Of a stretch of 64,000 nucleotides of DNA, positions 1 through 12,077 are shown one piece after another (within the stretch, counting starts at the first letter, position 1; each line of letters opens with the position of its first letter). The DNA is from Octopus sinensis (lineage: Eukaryota): contig NC_042998.1 of assembly GCF_006345805.1 (NCBI RefSeq), positions 159,650,001 through 159,714,000 of the forward strand, read 5' to 3'. The notes beneath the pieces are model-generated. The model was not told the origin of the DNA, did not search any database, and saw nothing but the letters and a program-made list of their open reading frames with translations. A program made the position numbers and the translations under genes.

Positions 1-905
1 TCACTGCTACCTCCACTGTCTTTGCTATCGCTGTCACCATCATCATCATCATCATTGTCCCCAACATCATCATCACCATTATTGTCATCATACTCATCAA
101 CCTTCTAGTGTCTGTGTAATTAAGGAGTGAATGACTCCGAGCTAACCTCCCCACTTCTTTCTTGTACTCCACAGTCTTCCACTATTCGGACATAGTCACT
201 ATACAAAACATTTAGACATTTTTCACTTTGTACTCATTGTTCATTTACAATACGTGCCTATTACCAGAATCATCCTTTCTCCTGAATATCACTGATATTT
301 TTCTATTACTTTTTTTTTTTTAAATGCCCCTACTGCTCTTTTTCTTTCATCTTCATTTTTGCTTTACCTTCTATACAAGTTAATATTACACATCCAATGA
401 ATTATGCTCTTCTTATTTTCTCCAATCGCTGCAGATATTCCCTATTCAATGCCATTATCTTATTATCATACTCCATAAGAATATAAAAGCTGAGTTTTTT
501 TGTGTTTTTTAATTTCTTCTTTTTTGCTTTTCTTTCAATACAAACTGGAATTGTGGGAATGCAAGGAGTCAGCTTACTTATCTTGTTGCTATGTCATGAA
601 TATTTAACAATTTGTCAGTTAGAAGACAATTTCAATTGTTGCCATATCTTAGAAAATAAATGTTCTATATTGAATTTTCTATGTCTTATAACCATGTTAT
701 ATAACAATGATAAATGATCAAAGTTCACATTAAAGAACAAAGCTAAAAGTTGAAATACAAAATTAAGATTTCCTATTTGCAATATTTTTCCCTCATACAT
801 CTGACAGGGAAAAAGTACAAAGTACATATTTTCATAAATTCATACATGTGTGTGTGTATGTATATATATATTTATGTATGTATGTATGTACATATGCATG
901 TGTGC

Positions 906-936
<31 letters not shown>

Positions 937-1079
937 TGTATGTATGTATGTATGTATGTATGTGTGTGCTTATGTGTGTAAGTGTGTGAGTGTGTATTTA
1001 TACACATATACACATACACACCTATAATGTAAAGAAAAACTGGGAATTTTTACTGGATACCAAAGTAAGATGGGGTGGA

Positions 1080-3195
1080 ATAGTGCTGTAGATATGGTAA
1101 TAAAAGATAAGAGACAGGCCCAGGTAGACTGGAAGAAAAGAAGGTAGCAAATAAAATATATTACAGCTAGAAGAGAATGTAGATGGTGAATATACTAGGA
1201 AATGGAAGAAACAGAAATAAAGAAATTTGCAGCAAGAGGATCAGAATTGTAAGATATTCAGAACAATAAAACTATATTAGAAAGAATAAAGATGTCATTG
1301 AGAAGTGTTTCTAGAGTGATAACAATTCACCTGCTTTTATTAACATTGAAAAGAAAGAGCTACTATGAGAGACTCTTGAATGTAAAGGATGCATTGGTGA
1401 AAATGAGTCCTCCCCATGTAGGCCCAACAGAGGGACCAACCATCTGAGTTGAGATCAGTAGATAGGGTAATAAAGGATATGGAAGCAGGAAAAGTAACTG
1501 TCCATCAGAAATGGTTGTTGAGATGTTAAAAATATCTTGTGAAATAGAATATATTTTAGTCACTTGAATAATCAGCTAGGTAATAGGTGTCATACCCAAT
1601 GACTGGTGTAGCAACATTATTGTAAACTGTTACAAAGATAAAGAAAATGTACTAGATAGAGGAAACTACAGCAGTGTCAAATTGTTGTATCAGATTTAGA
1701 AAGTTACAGAAAAAGTTATTGCAAAATTTATTCAGAGCAGGATTAGCCTAGACAAGATGCAGCTTGGTTTTGTACCAGGAAGAGGTACCACAGATGCCAT
1801 CTTTATAGTAAAACAACTACAAGAAATATACTTAACTAGAAATAAACCCCTATACCTAGCATTCATAGACATGGAGAAAGCCTTTGACTGGATATTTTGC
1901 TCACTCATCTTATGAGCACTAAGGAAGCTAGGATTAGATGAATTGCTAGGAGATTTGTACAAGCTATGTATGAAGGAGCAGTCACACCTATTAATTATAG
2001 TCCTCCAACCTATAATAGACAAGTTTAGAACTGCTTGCCCATGGAAACTCCAAGATGACCTCCTTCTTATTACAAAATTTGTGGAAGACATATGTGCAAA
2101 ACATTTAAGTAAATTTAGCTCAAAACTAAAATTATGATAAGTAGACTTATCAAGATTCTGATGTTGTTAAGGAATGGACTTGGTAGAAAGTCTTACAGTG
2201 AATGCAGTGTAAATATGCACACACAAGAAGTGAAGTACAATTACCAGTAGGCTAACAGAAAAGACAGCCTTCATATGTGCCAGGTGTCAGATGTATTGAG
2301 CATAGAATATTTCAGGGAAATAGATTCTCAAGAAGGCTCTCCCTAAGCAATCAATGGTTTTTATTACTAAGGTGACCTACTAAGTAGCATGGGTAAGTGT
2401 TCTGAAAGTATAGTTGCCATTTTAAGAAAGGGGTAGAAATAATTCAGCTAACCACTACCTCTGCTGGCTACAAAGGGATTCTCCCTAAGAATAAAAGGCA
2501 AACTGTATGATGCTTGAGCAAGAAGGGCAGTATTACATGGTGACATAACCTAATCCCTGTTTGCAGAAGATCTGCAAAAGTTAGACAGAAATGAAGTGAG
2601 CATGCTTTACTGGATGTGTAATATCAATATATACAAACAACAGAGTGTGAGTGACTAGAGAAAGAAGTTGTATATAAAGGGAATCAGATGAGGTTTGCAA
2701 AGAAGAAGACTTTATTGCTATGGACATGTGATGTTTGGAGATAAAAACAGCCATTAAACAGTGCAAAGAATTCAAAGTAGATGGTACCTTTGGTATAGGA
2801 AGACATAGAAAGGATGAAGTGGTGAAAACTGGTCAACAAATAGTGTCTCTTCTGTTACTCTCTCCCCCATCACCCTCTCACAATGATAAATCTCTTCCTC
2901 CCATCTTGCTTTACTCTCTCTCTTATAACCCTACGTTGAATCATTACACTCCACTTCTCTCTTCCATCTCCTTCAGTTGTAGAGACCACTTTAGTTGCAA
3001 GGTGACAACACTAGTACCAGTGGTATGATAAATGTACCCAGTACACTGTGTAGAGTGATTGGTATTATTAAGGGCATCCAGCCATAGAAGCCATGCCAAA
3101 GCAAACTATGGATTCCAATGTAGCCTTCCAACTCAGCCAATCCAGTTGAACCATCCATCTCATACCAGCATGGAAAACATACATTAAATGATGAT
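1080..3195 (+). mobile_element. Degenerate RTE-clade LINE (RT region, pyrimidine-rich 3' UTR, (GAT)n tail)
   Basis: 1758-1890 translates MQLGFVPGRGTTDAIFIVKQLQEIYLTRNKPLYLAFIDMEKAFDW (RT motifs). 2470-2720 gives the LSLRIKGKLYDA...RLLCYGHV C-terminal segment. There are many stops and frameshifts. It is homologous to the minus-strand copy at 45.9-48.8 kb. Confidence 0.85.
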
Positions 3196-3209
3196 GTGGA
3201 GGAGGAATG

Positions 3210-3250
<41 letters not shown>

Positions 3251-3281
3251 TTAAACATATCCATATATATACATATCCATA

Positions 3282-3810
3282 ACCCATGGCCTTCTACATG
3301 GGATGGAGCCAGCCTACGTATGCATACCTTCCCTTCTTGGGACACAAAATTCTACTTGTGAAGACCTGTTGAGGCAAGTGAGGATCAGAATCGGAATCGA
3401 TCAATGGAAATTGCAGATGTGTTACCAGTGCCGGTGGCATGTAAGAGAACCATCCGTTCGTGACCGTTGCCAGCGCCGCCCCGACTGGCCTCATGCTGGT
3501 GGCACGTAAAAAGCACCATCCGTTCGTGTCCATTGCCAGCCTCGCCTGGCCCCCGTGCCGGTGGCACATAAAAAGCACCATCCGTTCGTGGCCGTTTGCC
3601 AGCTCTGTCTGGCACCTGTGCGGGTGGCACGTAAAAAGCACCCACTACACTCACGGAGTGGTTGGCATTAGGAAGGGCATCCAGCCGTAGAAACACTGCC
3701 AGATCTGACTAGGCCTGATGAAGCCTTCCGGCTTCACAGACCCCAGTTGAACCATCCAACCCATGCTAGCATGGAAAACGGATGCTAAACGATGATGATG
3801 ATGATGATGA
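3282..3810 (+). mobile_element. 5'-truncated RTE LINE copy (3' UTR with internal GTGGCACGTAAAAAGCACC subrepeats and (GAT)n tail)
   Basis: Aligns by eye to the 3' UTR of the RTE at about 46000-46350 (minus strand). Ends AACCCATGCTAGCATGGAAAACGGATGCTAAAC(GAT)n. Confidence 0.75.
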
Positions 3811-4322
3811 TACAAATATGTGTGTGTGTACAGACAGACAGGCTGATAGATACATATACATATATATATATATTAATAGACTGGCCTCCGTGCCGGTGGC
3901 ACGTAAAAAGCACCATCCGTTCGTGTCCATTGCCAGCCTCGCCTGGCCCCCGTGCCGGTGGCACATAAAAAGCACCATCCGTTCGTGGCCGTTTGCCAGC
4001 TCTGTCTGGCACCTGTGCGGGTGGCACGTAAAAAGCACCCACTACACTCACGGAGTGGTTGGCATTAGGAAGGGCATCCAGCCGTAGAAACACTGCCAGA
4101 TCTGACTAGGCCTGATGAAGCCTTCCGGCTTCACAGACCCCAGTTGAACCATCCAACCCATGCTAGCATGGAAAACGGATGCTAAACGATGATGATGATG
4201 ATGATGATACAAATATGTGTGTGTGTACAGACAGACAGGCTGATAGATACATATACATATATATATATATTAATAGACTGGCCTCCGTGCCGGTGGCACG
4301 TAAAAAGCACCATCCGTTCGTG
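3498..4322. repeat. Near-identical tandem duplication, period 397 bp
   Basis: 3498-3894 and 3895-4291 read as identical, including the microsatellite spacer. ORF-track starts repeat at +397 (3782/4179, 3766/4163). Confidence 0.9.
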
Positions 4323-4725
4323 GCCGTTGCCAGCCTCACTTGGACCCTGTGCCGGTGGCACATAGCACCATCCATTCATGGCCGTTGCCAGCCTCGCCTG
4401 GCCCCCGTGCTGGTGGCACATAAAAAGCACCATCCGATTGTGGCCGTTGCCAGCCTGGCCTGGCCCCTGTGCCGGTGGCACATAAAAAGCACCATCCGTC
4501 CGTGGCTATTTGCCAGCTCCGTCTGGCACCTGTGTGGGTGGCACGTAAAAATCACCCACTACAATCACGGAGTGGTTGGCGTTGGGAAGGGCATCCAGCC
4601 GTAGAAACACTGCCAGATCAGACTGGGCCTGATGCAGCCTTCTGGCTTCACAGACCCCAGTTGAACCGTCCAACCCATGCTAGCATGGAAAACGGACGCT
4701 AAATGATGATGATGATGATGATGAT
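4280..4725 (+). mobile_element. RTE 3'-UTR/tail copy
   Basis: Same subrepeat array and terminal motif as 3282-3810 but diverged from it; (GAT)n tail. Confidence 0.75.
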
Positions 4726-4726
4726 G

Positions 4727-4960
4727 TATCATTATCATCATCACCATAACTAACATCCATGTCCTATGCTGGCATAGGTTGGACAGTTTTATAGGATCTA
4801 ACAGATCCTAGCACTGCCATATGCTCTTCTTGGCTCAGTTTCTACAGCTGGATGCCCTTCTTAAAGCCAACCACTTTACAGCATGTACTGGAGGAATTTT
4901 TTTTGTGCCATCAGTACTAGTGAGGTCACCATGCAGCTTGAAAAATTACAAACACTGAGA
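4727..4960 (-). mobile_element. RTE-type tail fragment, tail-to-tail with the previous copy
   Basis: (CAT)n followed by the reverse complement of the terminal motif (TCTACAGCTGGATGCCCTTC...CCAACCACTTTACAG). Confidence 0.65.
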
Positions 4961-7215
4961 GAGGTAGTTTTATGCTAGGAGTGTTAAAGTATGAGAAAAG
5001 GGGCCAGAGTAGAACAGCCATCATGCTGTAAAAAAAAGCTGCCTGGCTACTCACATTTTAGAAACAAATTCAGAAATAGTTGCAGAAGAGTTACACATCA
5101 AGAATGAAACAGATACTTGGCCACATCCATTGAAAAGATCAGTGACATGGGTTTGTTAAAGAAATGGTTGACAATTAATAAAGTGGTAAATAACATGCAA
5201 ATCATTCATGATTTTATCAAACAAAATTGACTTCACACAATTACAAACTCAATTTGAAATCTACCAACTTTTGGATTGCTATTGTAAGAAAGTGACACCT
5301 TCTTGGAAAAAAATTTTCAGTGGTGCCAATTTTTATAAGAGAATCACCTTCATAAATATTTACTTGTCTTCATTACTTTAATTTAGTAATGCTGCAAACA
5401 GGAGAAAATGGTGGGTGTATTAATAATAGTAAAGATATTACCATAAATAATCACAGTGGTATTATTGTTGACGATGTAGTTATAAATAACAATGTTAACA
5501 GTTTAGATATTAACACTACCAGATATTATAATACCATAAAGTGTCATATTTCATCAGTGGCAAGGAACCTAGCCTGTGCTGCTATTAGAATTTTAAAATG
5601 TTTAAAAACTCATGTCATTTACAGAAATACTGTCTGTGTTGCTCACACATATGCAGTTCAAGTCATAACTTGTGGTTCTACAGCTTTGGTCTAGAATGTA
5701 ACAGACCTAGATTCCATAAACCCTAATACAGAAATCTACTAAGAAAAACCGCAGCCCACACAATAAGCCTGATACCCAACTGCTGCACAACCCATGTAAA
5801 GTTTGTGACATCTGAGTACCTGAGAGCAATTTAAAAAGGCAATTATTAATGTTGCCAACTACTTTTACAACTCATAAGAAGGCCTACTGAATGTTCTTGT
5901 TGACTGGGATGATACAAAAGATAACAAATCAATTATTACTATAGGAACAAATTCCCATAAGCAATTAGATAAGATTTCTAGTTATCTAAAGTTTAAACTT
6001 AGCAAATACTGACATACTGGACATGCTGGGGTGGGGGAATAGGTCAACTCTTGTGAACAGCTTATAAAGGTATGCCTTTTCTTAACAAACTAAATCTGGT
6101 CTGGGGGTAAAAAAATCTAATCTAATTGAAGCAAGATAAGCAACAACATTCCTATCACAAGAGCAGGCCCTCAGCAATAGCTTCATCAAAAAGAAAAGCT
6201 GCAATACCTTCAGGTAACAAATGTCATCTATGTTATGCATTTTATAAAACCACACACCACATTGTTGTCAGGAAGTCCTACATTAGCTTCAGCAAAATAC
6301 AATAATATATCAAAGCTGCTCTACTTACACTTAACTACCATATTTCAAGTCTTTCAAAGAAAAGAAAAAGAAAAGAAAAAACACTGTGGTATTCATATGA
6401 GCCTTAGAAATTGACAGAACAAAGTATATACTATGAAACTTCAGCAAAGAGACGGACCATAAAATATATAAGCTCAGCATTTCCATGATAGAATTTCAAT
6501 AGTCTACTAGTAATACTTGACTTAGCAATACCAAATAACTATATTAGTGTGCAGGAACAACATTGAAAATAAGTAATGAAATCAGCCTAGCGGTTGAATT
6601 AAAAACACTGCAGCATTTAAAGAATTTGTCTATCATACCATTTTTATTGGTGTGAAAGGAATAAGACACAATCATTTCAGTAAGGATATTGACAAATTGC
6701 CTATAAGGATAGACACAGACATGTCCTAGAAATTAAGAAAACTAGGATATGTAAATATTGCTAGACATTCTCTTACACCATTTGTTAACATTGAACAGTT
6801 TTGTTAACTTTGAACATTTTTATACATGTTTTCTAAGATGTACTTACTCTTTCTATTCGGAAAGAACCTATTGAAGTATTTCTCAGTACATGAATAATAA
6901 AGAAAACTTTGTCTTTATTACTTCCTGGGTCGATAAACTAAAGACCCAGTCAATTGAGGCCTTGTGTCACCATTAGAAATCAATAATATTATCATTACAT
7001 TTATATTGTTAAGTAGTCTTTAGCTTAATTTCAACAAAACGTTTTATTGCTAAGAAAATACCAATATTTAGTCTAGAACAGTATTAAAAAGAGTCAAATA
7101 AAGACTTCTTGTTCAAATTGAATTAATAAGAAGAAATAAATCAGTTCTAAATATATGTGTGTGCATCTGCATGCATATAAATAATATATGTAATACAAGT
7201 AATATGTGTATGTAA

Positions 7216-7258
<43 letters not shown>

Positions 7259-7704
7259 ATATATTATATATATATATATATATATCTATATATATATATA
7301 AATATATATATCATCATCATCATTATCATCCTCATCATCATCATTTTAACATCTACTTTCCCATGCTTACATTGGGCAGGTGAGAGTACTATGACCACAT
7401 GCCCTTCCTGATATCAACCCCACCTATTTTCAAGCAAGGTAATAATATCATGGTCTATTGAACAAGAGTCCAAGACATAGTTACAAGAAGAACTGCAAAC
7501 AGACAATTAGATTGAGTCCTTTGTTTACAAAGACTGTACATGTCGGAACATGTCAAGAAGCCAGGATATGCCTTTGTAGTGGACTGCAAGCAAATGGCAC
7601 CATCATTGTTTACAATCAGTGAAGATGAGGAGAAATATGAACTTATACAAGCAAACACACACACATATATTAATAATGGTTTAAAATTTTGACTCAAGGT
7701 CTAT

Positions 7705-7870
7705 AAGTTTGGATTACTAACCCCAGTGTTCAACTAGTACTTGTTTAATTGACCCCAAAATGGTGAAAGGCAAAGTGGACCTCTGCAGAATTTGAACTCA
7801 GAACATAAAGACAGACGAAATGCCACTAAGCATTTTACTTGGTGTGCTAACAATTCTGCCAGCTTGCCAG
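7705..7870 (-). mobile_element. tRNA-derived SINE, family B (degenerate)
   Basis: GAAAGGCAAAGTGGACCTCTGCAGAATTTGAACTCAGAAC matches the 41208-41437 copy in reverse. Confidence 0.7.
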
Positions 7871-8715
7871 TTTATACATATATACAGCATGTAGTGAATG
7901 CCATCAGCATTAGTGAGATTGCCATGCAGCTTACAAGACTATGAACACTATGTGGGGTGGGCGGGGGGAGAAACTTTATGATAGGAGAAAGAAAAATAGA
8001 GAGAAAAGGTCCTGAGTAGAACTAGTTTCTTGCTGTCTAGGAGCTATATGACCACTCACATTTTAGAAGAGAGGATATGAATGATCAGACAGAGCTGGAA
8101 AGCAATAAAAAACAGTGGTGATGTCATGTCAATGCAGAATTTCAAGATATGAGGTGGGTAGGAATAAGTGGGACAGATGCATACATATATACATTCATAC
8201 ATATGCATTGGTTTATGTCCATAGATGTATAGACACTGGCATGACTGTGTAGTTAAGATGTTTGCTTCTCATGTACATGATCTCAGTCTTACTGCATGGT
8301 ATCTTGAGCAAATATTTTCTACAATAGCCATGAGCCATCTAAAGCCTTGGGAGTGAAACTGATTGATAGGAATTAAAAGAAGACTATTGCATTTATATAT
8401 ATATATAAGTGAGTAGACAAACAAAAGAAGGGCACTCAGTACATTTATTGGAAGTTACATGTATGATTCAAACACCTTTGTACTTATATGTGTGTGTGTG
8501 TGTGTATATAAATATCATCAACATCATCATCATCATCGCCATCATCATTTAATGTCCATTTTCAATGCAGGCATGGGTTGGTCGGTTTGACAGAAACTGG
8601 TCAGCCAGAGAGCTGTTCAGACTCCAATTGTCTTTCATGAAATAGTCATGTTGTGGCTGGATGCCCATATATGCACACACACACACACACACACGCACAC
8701 ACACATATATATATA

Positions 8716-8890
8716 GGCACAGGAGTGGCTGTATGGTAAGTAGCTTGCTTACCAACCACAAGTTCTGAGTTCAGTCCCACTGTGTGGCATCTTGGGCAAG
8801 TGTCTTCTGCTATAGCCTCAGGCCGACCAATGCCTTGTGAGTGGATTTGGTAGACAGAAACTGAAAGAAGCCTGCCATATATATGTATAT

Positions 8891-8961
<71 letters not shown>

Positions 8962-9175
8962 TTGTGTGTCTGTGTTTGTCCCCCCAACATTGCTTGACAA
9001 CCGATGCTGGTGTGTTTACGTCCCCGTCACTTAGTGGTTTGGCAAAAGAGATCGATAAAATAAGTACTGGGCTTACAAAGAATAAGTTCCAGGATCGATT
9101 TGCTCGACTAAAGGCGGTGCTCCAGCATGGCCGCAGTCAAATGACTGAAACAAGTAAAAAGAGAAAAGAGAAAGA
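8716..9175 (+). mobile_element. tRNA-derived SINE, family A, with internal (TA)n(TG)n
   Basis: Head GGCACAGGAGTGGCTGTATGGTAAG, B-box-like GAGTTCAGTCC, and 3' end GCAGTCAAATGACTGAAACAAGTAAAA. About 20 related copies or fragments occur in the window. Confidence 0.85.
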
Positions 9176-9689
9176 GTTATATACACACAAGCATACCACT
9201 GATTTTCCAGCAGCTGATGGTCTGGCAGCTCCTTTATTCTGGATAAATTATGAGGGGAAGCTAGAAATTGCTATGGCCACCAGTCTAATTCACTGTGCAA
9301 CCACAAGCAGCATTGCGTGTACTGTATGTTTATATGCATTATTACACTGCACTTGTTATTGCTGATATCAAAATTATGAGATATCTGCATAGTTAACTAA
9401 AAGTTACCCTCAAGAATGGCTACCACAGGTAAGCAAACTGAGAACAATAGTAATGTCAAATATGAATGCCAATCTATATCAGTCCAAAATAAAGCAGAAC
9501 TGTTGAAATTTAATTACATTTGATACTCTGTATTTGTTCAATTTAAGTCTCTTGCAGTCTTGATGCTTTAGGGACATGGGAGGTGTATAATTTGTAGCTT
9601 AGGTGTGTGTTGCCAAATTACTATTATGGGAAGCATGATCTTTAAATGTTGGGCCTCATGGAGGCTGGGAATCTAGTAGTATATTTGTA

Positions 9690-10110
9690 TGTATTTTATC
9701 TTTAATCTTTTACTTGTTTTAGTCATTATACTGTAGCCATGCTAGAGCACCACCTTGAACAATCTATTGTCAAATGAATTGACCACAGTACTTTTTTAAG
9801 CCTAGAACTTATTCTATCAGTCTCTTTTGCCAAACCACTTAGTTACAGGAACATAAACACACCTACATCAGTTGTCAGTTGGTGGTGGGGGAACAAACAC
9901 AGACCCAAAGACAAACACACATGTGCACATGAACGCACACGCACACATACATACAAGAAGCTTCTTTCAGTTTCCATCTACCAAATCCTCTCACAAGGCT
10001 TTGGGTGGCCCAAGCATATAGTAGAAGGCACATTCCGAAGGTGCCATGCAGTGGTACTGAACCCAGAACAATGTGGTTCAGAAGCAAGCTTCTTACTACA
10101 CAGCTACACT
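9690..10110 (-). mobile_element. SINE family A
   Basis: Reverse-complement match to 8716-9175. Confidence 0.8.
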
Positions 10111-10112
10111 TG

Positions 10113-10146
<34 letters not shown>

Positions 10147-11139
10147 CATATATATATAATGTGTGTATGAGCATATATGTGTCTTTCTTTTTTTGTGTGC
10201 ATCCTTATCAAGATATCAAGCAATAGTTGTAAAATGAGCTTCACTATTAGTCTAGTAATGCCATTTCCGATCATCACTGAAAACATACATGGTCATAAGG
10301 AAAATAAATACTTTGCTTAAAAAAACAGGTGGGGATTGGCAACAAGAAGGGAGCCCAGTTGCAAAAAATATAACTTAACAAATTCCATCTGACACATGTG
10401 AGCATGGACAAGTGGACATTAAAAGGAGGAGGAGGAAGAGGAGGAGGAGGAGGACGACGAGTTTTTGTTCTATATATAAATATATATAACATTATGCATT
10501 TGTTTTAAATATCTGTCATGACTCTTTCATGAAATAGTCATTACATGTGTGTGTGTTTTGGAGATGTGTAGACATTGGCAACACAAAATAAAACAAATAA
10601 TTTTTAGTGTCTTTTTTTTCAGTCATGTGATGCAGCTATGTAAGAGAGCACGCACACACATGCATATGTACACACACACACACCAGCAATTAATTGAGTA
10701 AGCAGAGTGGGTTAGGTGGGTTAGTCACATGAATATTAGCAATGTAAACAAATATATGTTGAAGTCTCACGCAAATAGAAAAATTAGTTCCACGTGTGTA
10801 AAACATGTTATTCACTATTCTCTGTCTTAATGTCTATTAGATGCTGCATATACAGTCAATCAGGTGTGACAATTTAAAACTACTCTGTTATTCTGTTTGT
10901 TCTGGATATACATCATAAAAACACATTGCTTTTGGTATCTATGGTTTCAGAACACTTTTAGTTACACTGGCTTTGATTGGGATTATTTCACCTGATTGTT
11001 TTTTGGTTTTTGGTTTTTAAACCAAACACAAGCAAATTTGCAAGCAACATTTATGAATAGTAACATGCAATTTGTATACAGCTGAATGGTTGAAACCAAA
11101 ATATTGCAGAAAAAAAAAAGCATTATGCAAGAGATATGT

Positions 11140-11413
11140 AAAAAGCACCCATACCATTACCAAGTAAAAAAGCTTCCGTGCCAGTGTTATGTAATAGCAT
11201 CTGTGCTGATGCCATGTAAAAGTGCCAATACCAGTACCCTGTAGAAAGCACCCAGCACACTCTGTAAAGTGGTCAGCATTAGGAAGGGCATCCAGCTGTA
11301 GAAACCAAGCCAAATCAGACTGGAACTTAGTGCAGCTCTCCTGCCTGCCAGCTCTGGTCAAACTGTTCAACCCATACCAGCATGGACAACAGACCTTACA
11401 GGAAAATCATGAC

Positions 11414-11448
<35 letters not shown>

Positions 11449-11480
11449 GGAGGAGGAGGAGGAGGAGGAGGAGGAGGAGG
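11140..11480 (+). mobile_element. RTE-type tail copy ending in (GAT)n(GAG)n
   Basis: AGGAAGGGCATCCAGCTGTAGAAAC...CAACCCATACCAGCATGG terminal motif followed by a trinucleotide tail. Confidence 0.7.
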
Positions 11481-11856
11481 ATATGGCATATATACAACTA
11501 CATTAATTGTTAGCATATTACAATGACTTATAATGGATTCAGTCTCACAAGATATTGGTAATACATAAAGTCTTGATTAGTTGCAGTTATTTTCTTTATA
11601 TTGCCTTAAAGAAAAGTCTCTTTAATAATGATTTGACTTTACTAGCAGTTTATACACAAAAATATATTGAACATTGTGTAAAGTAGAGTTGACAATAAAA
11701 TATGTTGCTCACATTAAGTCATTTTAAGAACTGGAAATAGTGAGGCTACATTCAGTGGTTTTATGTGAAGAATCATAATTTAAATAAAGGGACGAAAAGA
11801 ATAGATGATAGCATAGGGATCCTAACTGATAATATGACAGTGAATATAGGTTTGGG

Positions 11857-12077
11857 TTAACTCCTTAGCACTCAGATTACTCTGGTAAATGTAATGCTTT
11901 ATTATTCAAATTTTTTTTAATTAATCATGTATTATTTAATAGCCTTGAGGTTTTGATGATGTGATTGTTTATTTTTAGAATGTCAGTGTAGGGTGTGTGT
12001 GAGAAGCTAGATATGGCCAATTTGAATTTAAAACATGTAGAACATTTTATGCAGGATATGGCTGGTTTAAATGGGTT
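11857..12077. mobile_element. Short non-autonomous DNA element (TTAA-CCC-type ends, piggyBac-like MITE)
   Basis: Begins TTAACTCCTTAGC and ends TTTAAATGGGTT. A second, inverted, degenerate copy lies at about 29915-30145. Confidence 0.5.

Noticed and set aside
3715-3740. CTGATGA-AGCC(TTCC)GGCT, a hammerhead-like start (also at 4112)
   Set aside because: No GAAA follows, and sister RTE tails read CTGATGCAG or CTGGTGCAG, so it is a chance variant.
3430-4560. Regularly recurring GTGGCACGTAAAAAGCACC units that look like a CRISPR array
   Set aside because: The spacers are homologous to each other, the context is eukaryotic, there are no cas genes, and the array is part of an RTE 3' UTR.
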